Below, in pieces: positions 12,952 to 24,600 of a stretch of DNA of 64,000 bases (the stretch's first letter is position 1; each line of letters starts with the position of its first letter). The notes beneath the pieces are model-generated. The model was not told the origin of the DNA and ran no database searches. It was given only the letters and a program-made list of their open reading frames with translations. Source of the stretch: Eledone cirrhosa (lineage: Eukaryota); contig OZ024752.1 in NCBI GenBank assembly GCA_964016885.1, positions 20,646,001 to 20,710,000 of the forward strand, in the 5' to 3' direction. Made by a program: the position numbers and the translations under genes.

Positions 12952-13487
12952 TTAAACATATTTCATAAATCATTAAAATAATAGAAGTGTCGTGATTTCT
13001 GTTTTATTAAGAAATGTATATAAAGTATTTTTACAAAATAATATAAATTAATATAATAAAAGCTATGGTAAAACTTCATCTTGCTGCACAAAACAAAAAA
13101 CAAAACCTAATCGATGTATAAATTAATATAAAAAATGTTAAAACGTAAATTGGATTATTAGACTTGATATCGTTTTGGTTTTAGCATGGAATGATATGTC
13201 AGGATTGAACTGACATATAAGAGGGACTTAGGGTGATGGGTGGGAGCATATGGATAGGGGCTATGGCATACTAAGACAGCCAGATTCGGTGGGGGATTCA
13301 GGGTTGGAGATAATAGACCAATAAGATGGACTAAGGGAGTGACAATGCCACCTTGACAGAGAAGGACTGACAGTACTTTTAATTTTATGTTTATGGCAGA
13401 TGTTGACATTAAGAGGTATAAAATATAAATTAGGATCCTGAATTTAGATGATGTTTATAAAGAGCGATGCTGTGAGGAGGACAAGAT

Positions 13488-13571
13488 TTATGTTAGTGTG
13501 TAATCAGCAAGGCGTTGGGAACGTTCTAGAGTTGCCAAGTAGATATTTTCTCCCATTAAGAATTCTTGGTC
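13488..13571 (-). CDS. FBF1: FBF1 terminal coding exon (DQEFLMGENIYLATLERSQRLADYTLT*)
   Basis: Long polypyrimidine tract + ggacag acceptor; TAA at 13490-13488; resembles the FBF1 C-terminal DxxFLxxE motif. Confidence 0.85.
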   Translation of the reverse strand, partial: DQEFLMGENIYLATLERSQRLADYTLT

Positions 13572-16500
13572 CTGTCCAAAGAAGAAAAGACAAAAAAAAA
13601 GATTCATGTTATTAAACATTTCAAATAATGGTTTCTGATTTAGTTTATGCACTTATAATAATGAAATTATTGTGTACGGTGCTCAGGTGCACTACAAATC
13701 ATCAAAGGTGCATGTATAGTACATAGAATAATGTGCAGTGTCATGGTATACATGTGTGCATGTGGATGGAGGGGGATATCAGGTGTAGTGTTGGCGAATC
13801 TCAGGAAGCATGGCGGTTTTAAAGGATGCAGTTAACAACTGATGCAGGTGATTTGTTCCATTTTTCAGCAACTCTGAGCTTGAATAAATGTTTCCGAAAG
13901 TCATGGGAGCTGTGCTGTTTTCTGATTTTGTAGGCATGCCTAAATCGAAAAGGTGCTCAGGGTTGCTGGTTAACAATTTTGTGGGTGTTTACCAGGTCAG
14001 TTGCCAGATGTTGGAGCTTCAATGTATCCATGCCCAGGGAAGCAAGATGTTCAGACGCCTGATGGAGGGTATTCACTTGGTTGCATGTCTCTGAACAGTT
14101 TCCAGGCGGTCAATGTTCTGAGCAAGATAGGGGCCCAGACTGGTGATGCAAATTCTAAGTGTGGCCTCACCATAGCTATAAACAACTTTAAATAAATAGT
14201 TGGAGAGTAGCTGACAAAGGTCTTGCTGAGTGATGCTAAGAGACCCTCAGTCTTCTTGACAATTTTAGAGACGTGCTTTGTCCAACGCAAATCGCTGCTG
14301 ACCGTAATGCCCAGGTCACGTTCACAAGAAGACTTCTTGATATCAGTGTTGTGGAAGGAGTATGTGGACGCTGGGTTTTTCCTCCCAAAATGCATGGTGG
14401 TACACTTGTCCACAGCCAGCTTGAGTTGCCAGTCCGTGATCCATTGTTGCATTGTGTCCAGGTCTGATTGCAGGAAAGATCTATAGTGTTCAGGATCTGT
14501 CCTTTTTATTTCAAGCGTGGAAGATGGACGTTAAACGAAGATGATGATGATGTACAGCTTGATGTCATCTGCATATTTCAGTACTGTGGTATTCTTTAAG
14601 TTGGCATCTATGTCATTAATATATGCCACAAATAAAAGGGGACCAAGAACAGATCCCTGTGGTACACCAGATGACATCTCAAATGGTGAGGAATGCTGTC
14701 CTAGAACCATGACTACCTCTCTTCGACTGAGAATGAAGGACTTCAATTATGCGCTAGGCCAATAATTTTTGAAGGGAGGAGGGGAAAGTCAATTAAATCA
14801 ACCCCAGTGCATCACTGGTACTTTATTTTATTGACCCCATAAGGATGAAAGCAAGGCAAAGCTAACCTCGGTGGGATTTGAACTCATAAAACATTTCAAA
14901 TAATAGGGAGAATTTGAAGCAGAAGCTTTATACTTGGATAATAAAGATTTGTCTGGCAGTGTGACCAGGGCACTACATTTATTCCAGTTCACAGCACTAT
15001 GTTAAAATCTTGCCACGGTCAACTTGGCCTTTCATCCTTTCAGGGTCGATATATATATGAAGGACCAATCCAGGGATGGTAGATCTAGATCAGTGAAATT
15101 GGTAGAGTCAGACAGGATGTTTTGTGGTATCTGATCTGGCTCTGTGCATTCTAAGATCAAATCCTGCCAGGTGTTGCAACTGGTCAATAGTATGAGCAAC
15201 AGAATGACCAAAAGGAACATAGTATCCTTGGTCCAATCTAAAGATCGACACCTTTCCTTATTGCGAATCAGATATATATAACATTAAAGCTGCTTATTCA
15301 TGGTCACCAAAGTAGACATACAGGGATATGGTGTACCTGCAAGTCATAAGAGATAACTAAAAGGGTAGAATATGTATGTATAAATATCATCATCATTGCT
15401 TAATGTCCATTTTCCTCGCTAGCATGGGTTAGATGAGTTGTCCTGATGCGAGACAAGTCGCATCAGGTGACCATGTCTTGCTCATACAGAACTGTTTCTA
15501 GCTTGGTTTCTGCAGCTAGATGCCCTTCCTAATACCAACTACATTTACAGCATGGATTGAATGCTTTTTATCATGGTACCAAAACGACCAACTGACAGGT
15601 TAGACTGTGTACTTTTTCATTGTGTCACCGGCATGATTGCCTTACCGGATGGACTGTGTGCCTTTTGTCATATCACCAACACAACCACTTTACACAGTGG
15701 ACTAGGTGCTTAGACAGGTAAAATTCCATTATAACGAATACTATTATAACAAATTTTTCAGTGTAATGACATTTTTTTCAATCCCCGAAGTAATAACAAA
15801 CAAATGCTCGATTTGTTTCGGTCGATCTTGTTATAAAGAATTTTTTGTTGCAATGAATATTTTTTTATATCCCGTGAATTTCACTGTATAAATATATATA
15901 TATATTAGTCTCACCTTCAGAGAATGTATTTTCCATTGTGCAAGCCAGTTGTCAGTCATCATGCTGTCCATACTATCATGAAAATTTGTTTGTTGCAGTG
16001 TATCACTCACTTGGACAGGAAATAACACAGGGGGAAATTTCTCAGTTGTTTTTAAACTTGTAGCCATGTTGGAAAGGTTTTGAGTTGCCAGTCTAGTTCC
16101 TGACATTGGTCCTCGGCATTGAAAACACAGGTTGCTCTTACGCAGTTCCTCCAAAGCCTGCCTCTCGTGATTCACTTTAATCTGTTGTTCAGCTAACTGT
16201 TTTTCCTTTTCAGTCAAATTGTCCATCTGCTTCAGTAAGTCTTTCCACCGTTGTCTATGTTCCATATCAAGTTTCTGGCTTTTGACGAGGGATAACTCAC
16301 CTTCTTCCTTTACTCTGTTGGCACTCTACATGGAGGAAAATAAGAGAAAAGCCCATGTCAGTTGCTTATGTATGACATATTATTCCACTGGCTTTAATGA
16401 AGTACCAGTAATATATGGCAGTCAAACTAAACAAGATTGATAAAAATAAGTACCAGATTTGAAATCAAATAATTACTGGTGGTCTATAGCTTCTTTGACT

Positions 16501-19500
16501 GCTTATTCCTCAATCTCCAATTGATCCGACTGGATCCCCAAGCAAGACCAGCTGAGCTCATGGATGTTATCAAACCATCTTGCTCGAGGTCTACTGTGAT
16601 CTCTTAATTCAAAGAATTTATCTTATCAAGTAATGTGCGAGTACTGGCAAGAGGTGTATGCTTACTTCATAGACCTGGAAAAGACATACAACCGCATTCC
16701 AAGGGACCTGCTGGGATCGATATGATTGATTATATCCCTTCAAAGCAAGGGCCACAGCATGACTGAAACCAGTAAATAAAGTAAAAGAATTACAGTATGT
16801 ATTATAGCATTGCTCTGTCCTTTCTAAATCAAACCAAAACAAAGTTGTATCAACTTACTGTACATATAGACTCTACATATAAAGAACGTTCTCTAATCTC
16901 AGCCGCCATCGTAAACACCTGAGCTTTCTCTTCTTCAAACAAGGACTTATCTTTCTTCAATTTCTTCTCTTCTTTCTCCAACATTCTCTGCTCTGTCTCT
17001 AGAATCTCTTTTAGTTTGGCACATTTTTCATTCTCTTCAGAAAGGGCCTTCATCGTAACATCGAATTCAGTTTCAACCTGGAAACAACAACGAAAGCAAT
17101 TAATCACATACACATATGTACCTGTACATACACACATACATGTATACACACACAAACTGCCATCACCAGCACCAACATCACCACCACCCTCACCACCACT
17201 TTCCATAAGATTACGTCATCATCATCATTTTACGTCCGCTTTTCCCTGCTTGCAAGGGTGGGACGGGTCTTATTCAGCACAGCATCTCTCCACTCGTCAC
17301 GGTCCTTCGTCACCACCTCCGTGAGCTTCAAGGATCTGACGTCTGTTCTCACCACCTCCGCCCATGTTTTTCATGGTCTACCTCTACCACATCTTCCTTC
17401 AACTGGCATTTCATGGCACTTCTTCACGATCGGTCATCCTCCATGCGCATCACATGTCCATACCACCTCAGTCTCCTCTCCCGTACACGACATTCTATCC
17501 CTCACAGACAGTTTCTCTCTCAACACATTTATGCTGGGTCGTTCACGCACATTTACACTGCACATGCAACGGAGCATGCTTGCCTTATTTCTCTCCAGCC
17601 GTCGCATATCATCTGCAGTTGCTGCCCATGTCACACTACCATGCAGCATCGCGATCCTCACACAGGCATCATACAACCGGCCTTTCGTACGCAGGGAGAA
17701 CCCTTCTTCGTCAACAGAGGAAGCAGCTCACTAAACTTCTTCCAACCCGTCCTTATTCTAGATACTATGGCCTCGGAACACCCTCTTCCCATGCTAATCT
17801 GATCTCCTAGGTACCGGAAGCTATCCACCACTTCTATAGCGCCCTCCTGCATTTGAAAAATGTGTCTATCAATGCGACTTCTACTGTCTAATTTCCCTGT
17901 ACATCTACTGCATACATATTTCTCCCTACCTGTTAGTTTGCCTGCTATCCCGTTACATCTCTTGTGTACCCAGGATCTGCATTGTGTGCATTTTATAGAA
18001 TTTATGCCAGTTCCTTTTCTACATATCGAACATGGCCATTTCCCTGACGGAATCAGGGTTTTGTCCTCTTTTCTACTCATCAACACTTTTGTCTTAGCTA
18101 GATTCACTCTCAGTCCTATTGCTTCCAACTGCTGTTTCCATAGCCAGAATTTATTCTCTAGCTCCTCTACTGATTCTGCTATAAGAACCAGATCGTCAGC
18201 ATAGAGAAGTTCCCATGGACAGTCAGTCTTAAACTCCTCTGTTATGGCTTGGAGGACTATAATGAACAAGAGCGGGCTGAGGACCGAACCCTGATGTACT
18301 CCTACTTGTATCTGGAATTCCTCACTAAACTCCATTCCTACCCTGACTTTAGTGAGAGTACCTCTGTACAAAGTTTGCACTGTCCTCACAAGCCATTCCT
18401 CAACACCTAGCTTCCTTAGGGACCACCAGATGACAGATCGGGGTACCCTATCAAAAGCCTTCTCTAGGTCAACAAAGGCTAAGTATAGTGGCTTATTCTT
18501 CTCTAAGAACCTCTCTTGCAATTGTCTCACCAAGAAGAGGGCATCTGTTGTACTCTTCCCAGGCACAAAACCAAACTGCATCTCATCTAGTTTGACCCTT
18601 TCTCTAATTAGTTGCGCTAAAATCCTTTCTGCCAATTTCATAACCTGATCAGTTTTATACCCCTATAATTGCTCCTCTCCAGAGCATCCCCTTTACCTTT
18701 GTAGCAATTTATGAGAATACTGCTGCACCAGTCTTTGGGTATGACACCACCATATATAGCCTGATTGATGATGCATGCAACCAGTTTAGTGCCTACGTCC
18801 CTTGAAGCCTTCAGCATCTCAGCAACTATTCCTGATGGTCCGGCAGCCTTACCATTTTTCATTTCCCTAATCACCTCTTGGACCCTATATTCGTCAATCT
18901 CAATAGCTGGTCCCTCTGTCAGATCTACCAAGGGTAATTTCTCTCTCTCCCATTTGTTCTCCACATTCATCAGTCTCTCATAATGACATTTCCAGGCTTC
19001 CTTTTTCTGATCATTCGTGACACTAAGTACACCGGCATCATTCCGGACACATTTATCTCCAACAACATCCTGATTTGCATTGACACACTGCCTTGCAATG
19101 TGGAACACCGCATGCCTCTGATCTTCCCGTCGCAGAACATTGGCAAACCTCCTACTCTCTGCCTCCCTGCATGCTAAGTACACCTGACGTCTAGCTTCTC
19201 TCTTAGTGGCTGTATATTCTTCCCTACTCCCACCCTTTTTCCAAGCCTTCCATGCTAGTCTTTTGTCTCTAATAGCCTTATCTACTGTGCTGTTCCACCA
19301 CCAGGTCACTCTCTGTCCGGTTGGAGCTCTGCTCCAGCCACAAGTTTCATCAGTAGCCTGCAGCAAGTTGTCACGTAGGAAATTCCAGTTATTATCTATG
19401 TCATACGTCTCTAAATCGTCTTCTTTTTCGTCATATACATCTTGAAGGGCTTTCTTAAATTTGTATTTTAGTGAAAGGTCTTTTAGCTTCCAGACCTTTC

Positions 19501-21590
19501 TTCTCCACACCTTCCTATATGTCTCATTCCATCTCTTGCTTACTGAGATATCACTAACAACTAACCTATGCTGTGGGGTACATTCTTCCCCAGGGTATGC
19601 CTTGGTATTAGACACTATCTGCCTGTTCCGCTGCCTAACTAGTAAGAAGTCAATCTGGCTTATGTGCTCACCAGATTTGTAGGTTATTAGGTGATTGGCA
19701 GGTTTCTGGAAGTTTGTGTTGCAAATAGTCAATGTACCTGCATCACAAAATTCAAGAAGTCTCACTCCTTCTTCATTTCTTGAACCGTAACCGTGCCCAC
19801 CATGTACCCCAGTGTAACCATCCTGGAGCTGTCCAACATGACCATTGAAGTCTCCTGCTAGCATAACGATGTCTCCGTCCTCTGTCATTGCGGTTGTTTG
19901 CAAAAGTTGTTCATAAAAGCAGTCTTTCTCATCTTTGCCTAGGCCTGCTTGGGGAGCATAGGCCGAGATGATTGTCAGTAGTCTCCTACCTACAACTAAT
20001 CTAAGCTTAATTATTCGATTACTAACTCGAACTACCTCTATTGTCTTATTGATCCATTTCTCAGCCAGGAAAATGCCTACTCCCCCTAACCCATCATCCT
20101 TGCCTACCCAGAATAGCTTATAGCTAAGACGTTTGCCTACGACTAGTCTCGCAGAGGCACCTCTCCATTTCACCTCTTGCACGCAGCACACATCCACCTC
20201 CCTTCTCTCCAGCATCTCCGCTATTTCAGCAGATCTACCTCTGAGAGTGCCAACATTAAGTGTTGAAACTCTGAGATGCGACGTCTTCATATTTTGTTGT
20301 TGTTCCTATTTGTTGCTGTGCTCATAAGCGTTTTGGCATTGATATACTGGTTGGATGCCCTTCCTAACACCAGCGCCACTTTACAGCATGGACTGGGTGC
20401 TTTTATTTGTGCCACCAGCACTAGAGAGGATGTCTTACTAGACTCAAGGGCCCTCTCTACCCCTCCATTTTACAGCATGGTCATAAAAAAAATAAAAAAA
20501 ACTTATTGACACGACGCACACACTCACACACTCATGCATACAAACCACAACCACACACACGCCACTCACATACCAACACTCATTCATGCATACAAACACA
20601 CACACCACTCACAAGTAGTGACACTTCCAAGCTACCTTCTTATCAGCGTCAGTGATGGCAGTATACAAATACCTCACCTTTACACCTGTGAAGGTTAGTG
20701 GTTAGGGAATTAGATTCTCAATTGTGAGTTCATGGACCAGGTGATGTATTATGTCCTTGAGCAAGACACTTTATTTTATGTTGTTCTTTCTGCCAGGAGT
20801 TGCAACCGGTAGATAGTATCAACAATTGAAAGACCAATGGAAACATTGTTTCATTGGTCCGATTGGATGAGTTCCACCTTACTTGGTAATCAAATGAGGT
20901 CTAGGATTTTGCTGATTGTTAAAAAAAAATCAATAAACCAAACAAAAAAAAAAATCAACATTTTACATTCTTTCTGTCTGTGCTAGCTAGTTGGATAGGT
21001 TGATAAGTTATAAGATGACACAGTATAGATACAGACGACAGCACCATCTTACTCTGGCAGGCTTCATTATAAGTGGAAGTATAGCTACAATCAATAACAA
21101 TAACAAACATCTTACCTTGGCAGCCTTCATCATATTTTTATGTTCTCGTTCTTGCCACAATTTACGTGACACTTCTGTTTTGATTTTTTCTTCAGCTAAA
21201 GCTCGTCGTTCCTCAACTAGTTGCGTCATTAATTTCTTCTGATCTTCTAAAAGATCATTCTATCATCAACAGAACAAATCTATATTATAATAACTGTACA
21301 GACTTTTTAATTAAAAAAATAAACATTTAAAAATGATTTCATCTACCAGGAATCCATGTTCTATGTCAATGGTTTTGTCAACCTGCACTGAACCCCCCCC
21401 CCCCCTCTCTCACTAACCTTCTGCAACCTTCTCTCCTCTTTTATCTCCCTCCTGTTCTTTTTCTCAACTCTCACGTGAGTATTTTCTACTCTCTGAACTA
21501 TTGTATTCCTTCCCGATGAAGGACTAACGTCCAATACATTGAACTTTTTTTTTCTTTCCCCCAAAATGTGAAACTAATAAAACTAATTGT

Positions 21591-21622
<32 letters not shown>

Positions 21623-24600
21623 TGTAACTCAGAACCTCAATTGCCCTAACCAGAACATAAATATATCTAGAACAAACCAAAGCTATCCATGAACTCAAGC
21701 AAACACAATCCATAAAACTACAACTCCCACCATACTGCACAAGGGAAAGTAAAAATCACATGTGTACTTCAAAATAATATCTCGATTTTTTTGTAATGAA
21801 TCAATTGAAGTTTATAAATAAATATAAAGTATAGCTACATATTGAACAGTATCTAAGAAAAACAATGTAAAGTATAGCTACATATGTCTAACACCTGTGA
21901 ACATGCCTACAAAGTCAGAAAACAGTACAGCTTCCATGACTTCCGGAAACATTTTTCCATGCTCAGAGTTGCTGAAGCATGGAACAAACTACCTGTATCA
22001 GTTGTTAGCTGTCGGGACACTGCATCCTTCAAAACTTCCATGCTTCCCAAGATGTGGCAACACTACACCTAATATCCCCCCCTCCATACACACGCATGCA
22101 TGTATCTGTGTGTATATCATGACTGTTCACTTTCCTGACATTTTTACATTATTCTATGTACTACAAGCACCTTTGATGAGTTGTAGTGCACCTGAGCACT
22201 GTTCACAATAAAACAGTTTCTAAGAAAAACAAAACACTATTAAAGGGAACAGAAAAGAAAAAAAAGAAAAGAAAATGAAAAGGAGAAAAAGAAAAAGAAA
22301 GAAGGATCAAGCAATGAAAGAAAGGGGGAGGGGGAGTCACTATACCCCAGTCTGAGTGGTATCTCAGCCATGTCCCACAGATAAAGCATTACTACAGAGA
22401 ATGGCCAGAGACACCCAATGCAATGGCCACCCCCACGTCATGGAAGCTCACTCCTCAAGCGAGCCGGTCACCATCTTTCTGACTTTACAGCAGTGCAGGG
22501 AGAAAGGTTGCCAGCAGTCATGATGGAGACTAGTGCAAAGAGGAAGCAGTCAGGCCCTAGTCCAGGAAAACAACCACCAACTTGCACTATTTACAGGTGT
22601 TGACTGAACAAACAACACACTTACCCTACATTTATCAAGAGCAGCCTTTTCTCTAGCCTGTTCTTCCTCCCACAACCGTTTCTCAGCCTCAATGGATACC
22701 TGCAGTGCCTGGTATTTGTTCATCTCTTGCTTCACTTTCCATTTCTCATCCTCCAACATCTGTGACTGACTATGAAGTTGACTTTCTAGTCTCTCAATCA
22801 GAGCTTCTAGTCGTAACCTTTCACGACCATTTTCTTCCTGCTGCCTGTTCAACCTTGCCTGCAACATTTTCAGCTGTTCATCACGGCTGCGTATTGATGC
22901 TTCCCTCTCGTCCAACCCTTGATTCTGCCATCTGTCTAATTTATGTTGATATTGGCCCAGTTCTTGAGCATTTGTATTCATTTTTTCCATCACAATGTTT
23001 AGAGATCTGTAAAGATAATAAGAGACAATCTGATCACAGACACACAGAGAAGATAATAGTAGTGGTGGTAGTTAGGGATGATCGAGTGGTGGTTGCCTGA
23101 GTGGTGGTAGGTTCATATAATGGTAGTGGTGGTAGTTAAAGGGGAAAAAGATCTATATAATAATAGTGGTAGTAGTTGGAGTGGAGGTAGGTTCATGTCA
23201 TGATAGTGATGGTAGGTGGAGTGGAGGTAGATTTATATAATGGTAGTCGTGGTAAGTTCATATAATGGTAGTGGGGTGGTGGCAGTTGGAGTGGAGGGAG
23301 ATTTATATAATATAGTGATGGTAGTTACAATAGTTGAAAGTGATACTGGAATGAATCAGAGGCATAGTTAAAAGAGAAACTCGCCACCCCACTGCTCCTG
23401 AGCACATTTTCCACAAAATTTGCGTCGTTTTAACAATTTTTTTTAACATATTAGTCTCCACTATGATGAAAAGTCCAATCTCATCATTTTTTTTATTAGT
23501 ATTTTTTGGTAAATGTTACTGCATGACCTTAGAACCTTCTGGACTCATTACTTTATTCAACCAACCTCCCACTATTTTGGACAGTCTGCTCAATTTCCTG
23601 TGCTATGTTGTTGGTGGAGGCTGCTGGCATCTAAGAAATCAAACCATGACATCATGACATTATAACCTCCTCTCTAATAAACAGAAACAGACATTAATAG
23701 GACTCATTTGTTGGTAACCAAATGTTAAAGTCCAACCCAATAAAATTATTGTAATATATTCTTGTCACACACAGATATTGTTTGTTGTCATATAAACAAA
23801 TATATAATTGTTTCATTAACTTCTAGTACAACACAACCACTCATAAAACACCTACAATAAATTTACAATTGTCTTGTAGAAAGTTAGGCAGCAAATTAGC
23901 AGAATCATTAGAACATCAGATGTTTTGACATATTTATTTCAGCTCTCTGTACTTAGTTCAAATCCTGCTGAGGTCATCTCTTCCTTTCATCTTTTAAGGT
24001 CAATAAAAAGAAATACCAGTTTAGTTCAGTATTGAGATAATTTCTTCCTCTATATCTCTTTCTTACTTCTTTTTCCCTCTTTCTCTTTCTCCTTCTCTGG
24101 AAGAAATCGGCTATGTTTAGACCTGGAGAGGAGCTGGGTTCCACTAAGTTGAAAATGCTGAAGACATGCCATATGTCACAACAGTGCTCCAACAAATCTA
24201 TCAGGAATTATGGAGTGGAGGGAATACACACACACATACAGTAGAAGGTTGCATTGTATTGTGAGTGTTATATTTTATCTATTGTTAAGATTGACCGGAA
24301 AAACTGCCACAGATTTTTCTCTGCTAAAGAATTTCATAGAGAAAAACAGTAACAAGATGCAACTATTTAGTTGGGATAGAAAGAAAATGAAAGAGGTCAC
24401 AAATTGAGAAAAAGAATCATCAAACATTCAGAAACAAGACACTTTTTACTCAGTAAGTGCATGATGTCGACCATGTTGGAGATAAAGACAGGACCCATGT
24501 CGTTATGGTTAGACCTGAGGTAGTGAAACTAACTCTCTCGACTTTATTCTGTAAGTACATGATGTTTACCATGTTAGAGATGAAGACTAAGCCCAGGTCG

